DNA of 64,000 nt from Bacillus subtilis subsp. subtilis str. 168 (GTDB taxonomy: Bacteria > Bacillota > Bacilli > Bacillales > Bacillaceae). Both the position numbers and the translations under genes were made by a program. Below, one piece after another: positions 24,931 through 35,181 of this stretch (its first letter is position 1; each line of letters opens with the position of its first letter). The notes under the pieces were generated by a model that saw only the letters and a program-made list of their open reading frames with translations, had not been told where the DNA came from and did not search any database. The stretch spans positions 124,001-188,000 of the forward strand of contig NC_000964.3 of the NCBI RefSeq assembly GCF_000009045.1. The letters are read 5' to 3'.

Positions 24931-25875
24931 ATGATCGAGATTGAAAAACCAAAAATCGAAACGGTTGAAATCAGCGACGATGCCAAATTTGGTAAGTTTG
25001 TCGTAGAGCCACTTGAGCGTGGATATGGTACAACTCTGGGTAACTCCTTACGTCGTATCCTCTTATCCTCACTCCCTGGTGCCGCTGTAACATCAATCCA
25101 GATAGATGGTGTACTGCACGAATTCTCGACAATTGAAGGCGTTGTGGAAGATGTTACAACGATTATCTTACACATTAAAAAGCTTGCATTGAAAATCTAC
25201 TCTGATGAAGAGAAGACGCTAGAAATTGATGTACAGGGTGAAGGAACTGTAACGGCAGCTGATATTACACACGATAGTGATGTAGAGATCTTAAATCCTG
25301 ATCTTCATATCGCGACTCTTGGTGAGAATGCGAGTTTCCGAGTTCGCCTTACTGCTCAAAGAGGACGTGGGTATACGCCTGCTGACGCAAACAAGAGAGA
25401 CGATCAGCCAATCGGCGTGATTCCGATCGATTCTATCTATACGCCAGTTTCTCGTGTATCTTATCAGGTAGAGAACACTCGTGTAGGCCAAGTTGCAAAC
25501 TATGATAAACTTACACTTGATGTTTGGACTGATGGAAGCACTGGACCGAAAGAAGCAATTGCGCTTGGTTCAAAGATTTTAACTGAACACCTTAATATAT
25601 TCGTTGGTTTAACTGACGAAGCTCAACATGCTGAAATCATGGTTGAAAAAGAAGAAGATCAAAAAGAGAAAGTTCTTGAAATGACAATTGAAGAATTGGA
25701 TCTTTCTGTTCGTTCTTACAACTGCTTAAAGCGTGCGGGTATTAACACGGTTCAAGAGCTTGCGAACAAGACGGAAGAAGATATGATGAAAGTTCGAAAT
25801 CTAGGACGCAAATCACTTGAAGAAGTGAAAGCGAAACTAGAAGAACTTGGACTCGGACTTCGCAAAGACGATTGA
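24931..25875 (+). CDS. rpoA: RNA polymerase alpha subunit
   Basis: [17 protein letters not shown]; alpha-[14 protein letters not shown]. Confidence 0.99.
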   Translation: MIEIEKPKIETVEISDDAKFGKFVVEPLERGYGTTLGNSLRRILLSSLPGAAVTSIQIDGVLHEFSTIEGVVEDVTTIILHIKKLALKIYSDEEKTLEIDVQGEGTVTAADITHDSDVEILNPDLHIATLGENASFRVRLTAQRGRGYTPADANKRDDQPIGVIPIDSIYTPVSRVSYQVENTRVGQVANYDKLTLDVWTDGSTGPKEAIALGSKILTEHLNIFVGLTDEAQHAEIMVEKEEDQKEKVLEMTIEELDLSVRSYNCLKRAGINTVQELANKTEEDMMKVRNLGRKSLEEVKAKLEELGLGLRKDD

Positions 25876-25937
25876 CTAGTTTCCCTTGTGAACTAGGATT
25901 TTCGTGTGTTTATTATTCAGAAACAGCATTCCAATAA

Positions 25938-26315
<378 letters not shown>

Positions 26316-26330
26316 TCACATATTTTTGTG

Positions 26331-26385
26331 TATCTAAAGAAGGGCGGGACAGTTTCTAACTGGATCTATGCCCTTTTTTTAGATA
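26331..26385 (+). terminator. Compound terminator after rplQ
   Basis: Outer AAGGGC/GCCCTT stem followed by a T run; inner CAGTT/AACTG hairpin. Confidence 0.7.
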
Positions 26386-26442
26386 CTGCAACTTTTAATA
26401 GAGAGAAAAGCAGAGCATTAGCTGAGAGGAGGCCGGTTTTCC

Positions 26443-27288
26443 ATGAATCAAAATCAGTTGATATCGGTAGAGGATATCGTATTTCGATATCGGAAGGACG
26501 CAGAAAGACGAGCACTAGACGGCGTCTCCCTGCAGGTGTATGAGGGTGAATGGCTTGCAATCGTAGGTCATAACGGTTCAGGGAAATCAACACTGGCCCG
26601 GGCATTGAATGGTTTAATTCTTCCTGAATCAGGCGACATTGAGGTTGCCGGGATTCAATTGACAGAGGAATCTGTTTGGGAAGTGCGTAAGAAGATAGGT
26701 ATGGTCTTTCAAAATCCGGATAACCAATTTGTCGGAACGACTGTTCGCGATGATGTGGCTTTTGGTTTAGAAAACAATGGTGTACCGCGGGAAGAAATGA
26801 TTGAGAGAGTAGACTGGGCAGTAAAACAGGTGAATATGCAAGATTTTCTCGATCAAGAGCCGCACCATCTCTCCGGAGGCCAAAAGCAGAGAGTTGCGAT
26901 TGCGGGGGTTATTGCCGCACGTCCTGATATTATTATCTTAGATGAAGCAACATCCATGCTTGATCCGATCGGGCGAGAAGAAGTGCTTGAAACGGTAAGA
27001 CATTTAAAAGAGCAGGGCATGGCGACTGTCATATCCATTACACATGACCTGAATGAGGCAGCAAAAGCAGACAGGATCATTGTCATGAATGGCGGTAAAA
27101 AATATGCTGAAGGGCCGCCTGAAGAGATTTTTAAATTGAATAAAGAACTTGTTCGAATTGGGCTTGATTTACCCTTCTCATTCCAGCTTAGCCAGCTTTT
27201 AAGAGAAAATGGACTGGCTTTGGAAGAAAACCATTTGACTCAGGAAGGGCTGGTGAAAGAGCTGTGGACATTACAATCAAAGATGTAG
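26443..27288 (+). CDS. ecfA1: ECF transporter ATPase A1 (ybxA)
   Basis: GHNGSGKST, FQNPDNQF, LSGGQ, LDEAT. Confidence 0.96.
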   Translation: MNQNQLISVEDIVFRYRKDAERRALDGVSLQVYEGEWLAIVGHNGSGKSTLARALNGLILPESGDIEVAGIQLTEESVWEVRKKIGMVFQNPDNQFVGTTVRDDVAFGLENNGVPREEMIERVDWAVKQVNMQDFLDQEPHHLSGGQKQRVAIAGVIAARPDIIILDEATSMLDPIGREEVLETVRHLKEQGMATVISITHDLNEAAKADRIIVMNGGKKYAEGPPEEIFKLNKELVRIGLDLPFSFQLSQLLRENGLALEENHLTQEGLVKELWTLQSKM

Positions 27289-28133
27289 AGCATCGCTATC
27301 AGATGAAGACCCCGTTTGAGCGCCTAGCACTGTATGATATCAATGCATCGATTAAAGAAGGAAGCTACGTAGCCGTTATCGGGCATACAGGCTCTGGCAA
27401 GTCCACTCTTCTACAGCACCTAAATGGTCTCCTGAAGCCGACGAAGGGACAGATATCACTAGGCAGCACTGTCATTCAGGCAGGGAAAAAGAATAAAGAT
27501 CTGAAAAAACTTCGTAAAAAAGTCGGAATCGTTTTCCAATTTCCTGAGCATCAATTATTCGAAGAAACAGTTCTTAAAGATATTTCATTCGGACCGATGA
27601 ACTTTGGTGTTAAAAAAGAAGATGCTGAACAAAAAGCGAGAGAGATGCTGCAGCTTGTAGGTTTATCAGAAGAGCTTTTGGACAGGTCACCCTTTGAATT
27701 AAGCGGGGGACAAATGCGCAGAGTTGCAATTGCCGGCGTACTTGCAATGGACCCTGAAGTGCTTGTTCTGGATGAACCGACTGCAGGATTGGACCCAAGA
27801 GGGCGAAAAGAGATTATGGACATGTTTTATGAGCTTCATCAACGTGGGAACTTGACGACGATCCTTGTGACACACAGCATGGAGGATGCAGCTGCATACG
27901 CTGATGAAATGATTGTTATGCATAAAGGAACGATACAAGCATCAGGCAGTCCGCGTGATCTGTTTTTAAAGGGTGAAGAGATGGCCGGCTGGGGGCTGGA
28001 TCTTCCTGAAACAATAAAATTCCAAAGACACCTTGAAGCTGCACTGGGTGTGAGATTTAATGAGCCTATGCTCACAATCGAAGATGCCGCTGCCGAAATC
28101 CGTGCTCTTTTTCAGGGAGAGAAGACTTTATGA
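27264..28133 (+). CDS. ecfA2: ECF transporter ATPase A2 (ybaE)
   Basis: GTG start overlapping ecfA1; GHTGSGKST, FQFPEHQLFE, LSGGQ. Confidence 0.96.
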   Translation: MDITIKDVEHRYQMKTPFERLALYDINASIKEGSYVAVIGHTGSGKSTLLQHLNGLLKPTKGQISLGSTVIQAGKKNKDLKKLRKKVGIVFQFPEHQLFEETVLKDISFGPMNFGVKKEDAEQKAREMLQLVGLSEELLDRSPFELSGGQMRRVAIAGVLAMDPEVLVLDEPTAGLDPRGRKEIMDMFYELHQRGNLTTILVTHSMEDAAAYADEMIVMHKGTIQASGSPRDLFLKGEEMAGWGLDLPETIKFQRHLEAALGVRFNEPMLTIEDAAAEIRALFQGEKTL

Positions 28134-28927
28134 TGGACAGCATGATTATCGGCAAGTATGTACCGGGGACTTCACTTGTGCACCGGCTTGACCCCAGAAC
28201 AAAACTGATCACGATCTTTTTATTTGTCTGCATTGTATTCTTAGCCAATAATGTTCAGACATATGCGTTGCTTGGTTTATTTACAATTGGCGTCGTTTCT
28301 TTAACAAGAGTTCCTTTCTCTTTTTTAATGAAAGGGCTGAAGCCAATCATCTGGATTGTCCTTTTTACGTTCCTTCTTCACATTCTTATGACACATGAAG
28401 GACCGATTATCTTTCAAATAGGTTTTTTCAAAGTCTATGAGGGCGGTCTGGTTCAGGGGATATTCATTTCTCTTAGATTCGTCTATTTGATTTTAATCAC
28501 AACCTTATTAACGCTTACGACTACACCGATTGAGATTACCGATGGAATGGAGCAGCTGCTGAACCCATTGAAAAAATTAAAGCTTCCTGTTCATGAGCTG
28601 GCTCTTATGATGTCAATTTCTTTACGGTTTATTCCGACACTGATGGAGGAGACAGATAAGATCATGAAGGCTCAGATGGCGCGAGGCGTTGATTTTACAA
28701 GCGGGCCTGTCAAAGAAAGAGTGAAGGCTATTGTCCCGCTTCTTGTCCCGCTCTTCGTCAGCGCATTTAAACGCGCCGAAGAGCTTGCGGTGGCAATGGA
28801 AGCAAGAGGCTATCAAGGCGGAGAAGGACGTACGAAATATAGAAAGCTTGTATGGACAGGAAAAGACACTTCTGTCATTGTCAGCTTAATTGTATTAGCT
28901 GCTTTGTTATTTTTCTTAAGGGCTTAG
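28130..28927 (+). CDS. ecfT: ECF transporter transmembrane T component (ybaF)
   Basis: LDPRTKL, two ARG motifs (QMARG, MEARG), hydrophobic. Confidence 0.96.
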   Translation: MMDSMIIGKYVPGTSLVHRLDPRTKLITIFLFVCIVFLANNVQTYALLGLFTIGVVSLTRVPFSFLMKGLKPIIWIVLFTFLLHILMTHEGPIIFQIGFFKVYEGGLVQGIFISLRFVYLILITTLLTLTTTPIEITDGMEQLLNPLKKLKLPVHELALMMSISLRFIPTLMEETDKIMKAQMARGVDFTSGPVKERVKAIVPLLVPLFVSAFKRAEELAVAMEARGYQGGEGRTKYRKLVWTGKDTSVIVSLIVLAALLFFLRA

Positions 28928-28936
28928 AGGTGCTGT

Positions 28937-29680
28937 ATGAGACTGAAATGCACGATTTCTTATGACGGACATTTGTTTAACGGTTATCAGGTTCAGCCGG
29001 GCAAAAGAACGGTTCAGGATGAACTGGAGAAGGCTTTGGCTGTCCTGCATAAGTCAAAAGACAGAATTCCGGTCGTTTCGTCTGGAAGAACAGACAGCGG
29101 GGTTCACGCAGCCGGACAGGTGATTCATTTTGACACTCCGCTGTCTATCCCGGCTGAGAGATGGCCATATGCCTTAAATGCACTGCTTCCGGACGATATC
29201 GCAGTCAAACAGGCAGAAATTGCGGATGATGGGTTCCATGCACGATTTAGCGCAGTCAAAAAAGAATATCGCTACTTTGTATACACGGAGAAACACCCGG
29301 ACGTATTTAAACGGCATTACGCTTACCATTTTTCATATCGCCTTAATGTGCAGGACATGAGAGAAGCGGCAAAGCATCTTATAGGGACACATGATTTTAC
29401 GAGCTTTTGCGCGGCTAAAACAGAAGTGCAGGACAAGGTAAGAACGATATACGAACTTGATTGGACTGAGACGGCTGACGGCCTGCAAATGCGGATCACA
29501 GGCAGCGGTTTCTTATATAATATGGTCAGAATTATTGCGGGTACTTTGCTTGATGCAGGTATTGGAAAAATTTCTCCCGATGAGGTGAAATCCATGCTGG
29601 AAGCGAAGGATCGCGAAGCGGCAGGGCGCACAGCGCCGGGGCACGGGCTATATTTATGGAACGTTTACTATGACAACTAA
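28937..29680 (+). CDS. truA: tRNA pseudouridine(38-40) synthase
   Basis: SGRTDSGVHA, GFLYNMVR. Confidence 0.98.
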   Translation: MRLKCTISYDGHLFNGYQVQPGKRTVQDELEKALAVLHKSKDRIPVVSSGRTDSGVHAAGQVIHFDTPLSIPAERWPYALNALLPDDIAVKQAEIADDGFHARFSAVKKEYRYFVYTEKHPDVFKRHYAYHFSYRLNVQDMREAAKHLIGTHDFTSFCAAKTEVQDKVRTIYELDWTETADGLQMRITGSGFLYNMVRIIAGTLLDAGIGKISPDEVKSMLEAKDREAAGRTAPGHGLYLWNVYYDN

Positions 29681-29700
29681 ACCAGGTGTATAATATTTTC

Positions 29701-29729
29701 TTGACAGAGTCTGCATAAAGTTATAAGAT
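29701..29729 (+). promoter_or_regulatory. SigA promoter of rplM-rpsI
   Basis: TTGACA, 17 nt, TAAGAT. Confidence 0.85.
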
Positions 29730-29734
29730 ATCAT

Positions 29735-29795
29735 ATGGTATGTATTTCAACCCCACGATAAGCCCCGGAACTTATTGTGTTGTGAAATAGAACGT
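29735..29795 (+). promoter_or_regulatory. L13 leader (cis-regulatory RNA)
   Basis: CACGATAAG-CCCCGGAA-CTTATTGTG hairpin closed by outer TATTTCA/TGAAATA stem; matches my recall of the Firmicute L13 leader. Confidence 0.8.
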
Positions 29796-29829
29796 AATCG
29801 AAGTTTATTGAAAATGACAGATCATTTAG

Positions 29830-30692
<863 letters not shown>

Positions 30693-30704
30693 TTTTACGT
30701 TTTC

Positions 30705-30740
30705 AAAAAGCTCTCGACCTTGGGTTGGGAGCTTTTTTCT
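30705..30740 (+). terminator. Terminator after rpsI
   Basis: AAAAAGCTCTCGACC-TTG-GGTTGGGAGCTTTTT followed by more T. Confidence 0.9.
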
Positions 30741-31155
30741 TTCAATAAAACGTGGCAGTCCCGCATAAAAATAACAACTGAATGGACGCTTGACGGGGTT
30801 AAGCAAATTGTTTGTTTATAAACGGTCTCTTTGTAATAATCATGGTAGATTTCATTCTTATTCAATTGGAAGTTCGGTCAATGTTTATTATCGTTATGTG
30901 ATCAGCCCAGCTCCATCTAACCACTGTATCTCATCCGTTAAAGTTCACTGCTGATTCTTAACCCGGAGAAACAATAGCTCTCATTGCTAATGGCTTTATG
31001 TAACGAAGTAAAAGTAAATCTGATGATATAAATCACATATCTCCTTTGTGATTTTTTTGCGTTTTTATGAACTTTTTTCTAAATATGCAAAGGGAAAGCG
31101 ATATCAATCTAGAAATATTTGTTATACTCTATACATTAAAGTAAGGAGAAGATTC

Positions 31156-31923
31156 ATGAATGCGTTAGTAGCTCATAATAGCAAAGCCTGGGATAAAAAA
31201 GTAGAAACAGGCAATGAATGGACTGTTGCTGTTGAACAGCAGGTTATCGAACAAGCAAAAAAAGGCAATTGGGATATAAGGGTAACACCAATGAAAGATG
31301 TACCGAAGGATTGGTTTCCGCCTATCAAAGGTCTGAAAGTACTCTGTTTAGCATCAGGCGGCGGCCAGCAGGGTCCAGTTTTGGCAGCCGCAGGCGCGGA
31401 TGTCACTGTATTAGATAACTCAGAAAAACAGCTGAATCAGGATAGAATGATTGCTGAGCGAGATGGTCTGACGATACACACTGTCAAAGGAAGCATGGAC
31501 GATTTAAGTGTATTTAATGATGAATCATTTGATGTCATTGTACATCCTGTTGCCAATGTTTTTGTTGAGAATGTCCTCCCGGTATGGAAGGAAGCGTACC
31601 GTGTGTTGAAAAGGAACGGCATTCTAATCTCGGGTTTTGTCAATCCTGTTGTATTTCTGTTTGATACAGAATTAGAACAGCAAGGTGTTTTAAAAGTAAA
31701 ACACTCTATTCCATACGCTGACCCAGAAGATCTTCCGAAACATAAAGTGAAAAAACTGATCGAAAATAATGAGGCTCTGGAATTCGGCCATTCCTTAGAA
31801 GACCAAATCAAAGGCCAAATTGATGCCGGTTTTATCGTTACTGGTTTTTATGAAGATAAAGGCGGTTTTGTATTAGACCAATATATCCATACATATTCTG
31901 CAACAAGAAGCGTGAAAGTATGA
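31156..31923 (+). CDS. ybaJ: Class I SAM-dependent methyltransferase
   Basis: Motif I VLCLASGGGQQG, acidic VLDNS, FDVIV; ATG 31156 after SD AAGGAG. Confidence 0.9.
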   Translation: MNALVAHNSKAWDKKVETGNEWTVAVEQQVIEQAKKGNWDIRVTPMKDVPKDWFPPIKGLKVLCLASGGGQQGPVLAAAGADVTVLDNSEKQLNQDRMIAERDGLTIHTVKGSMDDLSVFNDESFDVIVHPVANVFVENVLPVWKEAYRVLKRNGILISGFVNPVVFLFDTELEQQGVLKVKHSIPYADPEDLPKHKVKKLIENNEALEFGHSLEDQIKGQIDAGFIVTGFYEDKGGFVLDQYIHTYSATRSVKV

Positions 31924-31956
31924 AAAGCAGCGACCTGTTAGAGGGGCTGCTTTTTT
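31923..31956 (+). terminator. Terminator after ybaJ
   Basis: AAAAGCAGC...GCTGCTTTTTT. Confidence 0.8.
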
Positions 31957-31969
31957 CATAACCAATTAC

Positions 31970-31983
31970 AGAACATTTGTTCC
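31970..31983. promoter_or_regulatory. LexA (DinR) SOS box upstream of ybaK-cwlD
   Basis: AGAACATTTGTTCC fits the Gram-positive GAAC-N4-GTTC box. Confidence 0.75.
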
Positions 31984-32108
31984 TCACCCTGCAGAAAGCT
32001 GATTTTTTATCAATGTTACACCTTCATTTGGGCGAATTTCCAACCGAATTCGGGCATTGTTTCATCATCCAAACCTCAAAATAATCGGTAAAAGGAGAGT
32101 GAATTTAT

Positions 32109-32552
32109 ATGGCAGAAGTACTGTCTTTTATGGATGTGAAACGCCAAAAGGATTTTGAATTAGAAAAGAACTTGCTCAAAGAACTCTCTCTGAGACAAAT
32201 TATCCAGTCTGTTAAGGATTGTTTGGAACCATTATTTCCATTTTTACATGATGAACGAGATATTATTACCGAAGGCTGTATTGATTTTGCGATTGAAGCT
32301 TATTTGTTAGGCGGGCGTTTTGGGATATTCGGCTATTACGGAGAATCAATGCAGAGTATCAGTGCCCGCTCTGCAAGAGAAGAAGAAGAGCTGCGTATGG
32401 AGTTTTTTGATTATCTCTATAATTGGATACACGAGCAATACGCAACATTTGATAAAAACACTGTTTATGAAGCGGCACGCAAGTTCATTAAAGATTGGTG
32501 GACAGCAGGGTTTGTTCAAAGAGAAAAACAGTGTAAGCTTCGCATGCGGTAA
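32109..32552 (+). CDS. ybaK: Conserved sporulation-associated protein of unknown function
   Basis: 147-aa ORF, SD AAAGGAG, position upstream of cwlD. Confidence 0.85.
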   Translation: MAEVLSFMDVKRQKDFELEKNLLKELSLRQIIQSVKDCLEPLFPFLHDERDIITEGCIDFAIEAYLLGGRFGIFGYYGESMQSISARSAREEEELRMEFFDYLYNWIHEQYATFDKNTVYEAARKFIKDWWTAGFVQREKQCKLRMR

Positions 32553-32581
32553 TCATATTTCCCGACCCTGTCCCATAGTTA
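32553..32581 (+). promoter_or_regulatory. SigE-type promoter of cwlD
   Basis: TCATATT, 14 nt, CATAGTT(A). Confidence 0.65.
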
Positions 32582-32611
32582 TGTAATAACGGACAAGCGG
32601 GAGGGGAAGGG

Positions 32612-33325
32612 ATGAGGAAAAAGCTTAAATGGCTCAGTTTTTTGCTAGGCTTCATCATATTACTATTTCTGTTCAAGTATCAGTTCAGCAATAACGACTC
32701 TTGGAAGCCGTGGAGCCTGCCCTTGAGCGGTAAAATCATTTATCTAGATCCAGGTCATGGCGGGCCTGACGGCGGAGCAGTCGGCGGAAAGCTGTTAGAG
32801 AAGGATGTTACCCTGGAAGTGGCCTTTAGAGTCAGGGATTATCTTCAAGAACAAGGAGCGCTTGTTATCATGACCAGAGAAAGTGATACTGATCTCGCTC
32901 CAGAAGGAACAAAAGGCTATAGCCGACGAAAAGCTGAGGATCTAAGACAACGAGTCAAATTAATAAACCATTCAGAGGCGGAGCTCTATATCAGCATTCA
33001 TCTTAATGCGATTCCGTCACAAAAATGGAGCGGAGCCCAAAGCTTTTATTACGGGAAATATGCGGAAAATGAGAAAGTCGCAAAATACATTCAGGATGAG
33101 CTGAGAAGAAATCTGGAAAACACAACCCGGAAAGCAAAGCGGATTCATGGTATCTACTTAATGCAAAACGTCACCAAACCGGGGGCGCTTATAGAAGTCG
33201 GATTTTTATCCAATCCAAGTGAAGCAACGTTGCTCGGTAAACCGAAATATCAAGACAAGGTGGCATCTTCCATATATAAAGGCATTTTGCGATATTTCAC
33301 AGAAAAAGGAGACCCTCCGGAGTAA
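32612..33325 (+). CDS. cwlD: Germination-specific N-acetylmuramoyl-L-alanine amidase (muramic delta-lactam formation)
   Basis: N-terminal membrane anchor; amidase_3 motifs DPGHGG, EKDVTL, SIHLNA, IEVGF. Confidence 0.95.
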   Translation: MRKKLKWLSFLLGFIILLFLFKYQFSNNDSWKPWSLPLSGKIIYLDPGHGGPDGGAVGGKLLEKDVTLEVAFRVRDYLQEQGALVIMTRESDTDLAPEGTKGYSRRKAEDLRQRVKLINHSEAELYISIHLNAIPSQKWSGAQSFYYGKYAENEKVAKYIQDELRRNLENTTRKAKRIHGIYLMQNVTKPGALIEVGFLSNPSEATLLGKPKYQDKVASSIYKGILRYFTEKGDPPE

Positions 33326-33339
33326 TGGAGGGTTTTCTT
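33311..33339 (+). terminator. Terminator overlapping the cwlD stop
   Basis: ACCCTCC-8nt-GGAGGGT followed by TTTCTT. Confidence 0.7.
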
Positions 33340-33353
33340 GTGGTTCTAAGCAT

Positions 33354-33383
33354 AAGACACCCGCCATTTATGTATGATATAAT
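33354..33383 (+). promoter_or_regulatory. SigA promoter of salA
   Basis: AAGACA, 18 nt, TATAAT with TGn extension. Confidence 0.6.
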
Positions 33384-33420
33384 AATAATTGTAAACGAAT
33401 ACACAAAAGGGTGAGGTTCG

Positions 33421-34479
33421 ATGATAAGAGAAGATGAAGTAAGAAAACTAGTCGGAGAAATGCGCGAACCTTTTCTTCAAAGACCTCTGGGAGAATTGGA
33501 TGCCGTTAAGGAAATTAAAATAAAGCCTGAAAAACGGCATATCAGTGTAAAAGTCGCTCTTGCAAAAACAGGAACTGCAGAACAAATGCAGATTCAGCAA
33601 GAGATCGTAAACGTATTAAAAGGGGCAGGAGCTGAGACAGTCGGCCTTCGATTTGAAGAGCTGCCTGAAGAAACGGTTGCTAAATTCCGGGCGCCGTCAG
33701 CTGAGAAAAAAACATTATTAAATATGGATAACCCGCCAGTCTTTCTTGCTGTAGCAAGTGGAAAAGGCGGCGTAGGCAAGTCAACTGTGTCAGTAAACCT
33801 AGCTATTTCTCTGGCTCGTCTAGGGAAAAAGGTTGGTTTAATTGATGCGGATATTTATGGGTTCAGTGTGCCGGACATGATGGGTATCACTGTGCGTCCA
33901 ACAATTGAAGGAGAGAAACTTCTTCCTGTTGAACGCTTTGGAGTAAAGGTCATGTCAATGGGCTTTTTCGTAGAAGAAAATGCCCCGGTCGTATGGAGAG
34001 GGCCGATGCTCGGCAAAATGCTGAATAATTTTTTCCATGAAGTAGAGTGGGGAGAAGTAGACTATATCGTTCTTGATCTTCCGCCTGGTACAGGGGACGT
34101 TGCTCTCGATGTACATACAATGCTTCCGAGCTGCAAAGAAATTATCGTATCTACGCCACATCCGACAGCTGCTTTTGTCGCGGCCAGAGCGGGCTCTATG
34201 GCGATTAAAACCGATCATGAGGTCGTGGGTGTCATAGAGAACATGGCTTATTATGAAAGTGCAAAGACAGGGGAAAGAGAATATGTGTTTGGAAAAGGCG
34301 GAGGAGATAAACTGGCTGAGGAACTAAACGTGCCTTTGCTCGGCAGAATCCCATTGAAACAGCCCGATTGGGATAAGGACCAATTTGCTCCGTCTGTTTA
34401 TGACGAAAATCATCCAATCGGAGAAATATATCAGGACATCGCAAAAAAAATAGATGCAAAAATGTCAGTGCAGGTATAA
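33421..34479 (+). CDS. salA: Mrp/NBP35-family P-loop ATPase (ybaL)
   Basis: SGKGGVGKST, DADIYG, WRGPM, DLPPGTGD. Confidence 0.95.
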   Translation: MIREDEVRKLVGEMREPFLQRPLGELDAVKEIKIKPEKRHISVKVALAKTGTAEQMQIQQEIVNVLKGAGAETVGLRFEELPEETVAKFRAPSAEKKTLLNMDNPPVFLAVASGKGGVGKSTVSVNLAISLARLGKKVGLIDADIYGFSVPDMMGITVRPTIEGEKLLPVERFGVKVMSMGFFVEENAPVVWRGPMLGKMLNNFFHEVEWGEVDYIVLDLPPGTGDVALDVHTMLPSCKEIIVSTPHPTAAFVAARAGSMAIKTDHEVVGVIENMAYYESAKTGEREYVFGKGGGDKLAEELNVPLLGRIPLKQPDWDKDQFAPSVYDENHPIGEIYQDIAKKIDAKMSVQV

Positions 34480-34516
34480 AAGGTGAACCGGGATTCCAGA
34501 TCCCGGCTTTCCCTTT
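34478..34516. terminator. Bidirectional terminator between salA and gerD
   Basis: CCGGGAT-TCCAG-ATCCCGG with A-rich and T-rich flanks. Confidence 0.7.
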
Positions 34517-35072
34517 ATTCACTTTCTTTTGCTGTGTCTTTTGCTGCTTTTTTCAGCTCATCTTCGAACTGCTTTTTGTAAAGCGGACTAGAAAGTGTTT
34601 CGTTAATAACCTCTTCTAAATAACTGCGGAATTCTTGGCTTTTTGCCAGCTGGCTGTACTTTTTATCCATGCCGGGATCCTGCATAACGCTCATCAGCAT
34701 CTTCTGGTAATCTGGATCCTTCATCAGCTTTTTAATCACTTTTTCATGCTCTGTCTGAAGAGTTTTGGCAAAGCCCTCAGCAAAATCAGTGTCTTCAAAG
34801 ATGTTTTTCCAAAATTCTTCACCTTTTTTAGATGTGAGTGTTTTTTCTATTGTTCCTTTAATTGCATCTTGGTCAATCACCAGCGCTTCATTCATGGCAT
34901 CATCATTTAATAATTCCTTAATAGCTTTCTTTCCATCATCAGTTTTTAATATATCAACAACCATTTTTTTGGTCTGATCATAGTCCATATCCGCTGCTTG
35001 GTCTTTTGGAGCGCAAGCTGTTACAGATAATAACAAAAAACAGCTCATCAATAGCGTTTTGGCTTTTGACAT
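34515..35072 (-). CDS. gerD: Spore germination lipoprotein GerD
   Basis: Lipobox LSVTAC; helical DILKTDDGKKA; locus context. Confidence 0.93.
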   Translation of the reverse strand: MSKAKTLLMSCFLLLSVTACAPKDQAADMDYDQTKKMVVDILKTDDGKKAIKELLNDDAMNEALVIDQDAIKGTIEKTLTSKKGEEFWKNIFEDTDFAEGFAKTLQTEHEKVIKKLMKDPDYQKMLMSVMQDPGMDKKYSQLAKSQEFRSYLEEVINETLSSPLYKKQFEDELKKAAKDTAKESE

Positions 35073-35105
35073 GCTTAAGCTCCTTTCACATACTTGTCTT
35101 ACCTT

Positions 35106-35134
35106 TAATATGATTCATCTGTTTGGAATTATAC
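35106..35134 (-). promoter_or_regulatory. SigG-type (forespore) promoter of gerD
   Basis: Minus strand GTATA, 17 nt, CATATTA. Confidence 0.75.
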
Positions 35135-35181
35135 ATAACAAAATATCGCTGTTCGCGATTTTTGAGGGGATGAATAAAGAA

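Noticed and set aside
29689-29694. TATAAT just after the truA stop as a second rplM promoter
   Set aside because: No acceptable -35 at 16-18 nt and no TGn extension.
31048-31155. 36-aa N-terminal extension of ybaJ
   Set aside because: The SD AAGGAG precedes ATG 31156; the extension is AT-rich promoter DNA.
35059-35181. Longer kbaA start overlapping gerD
   Set aside because: It would overlap the divergent gerD start and promoter, and has no SD.
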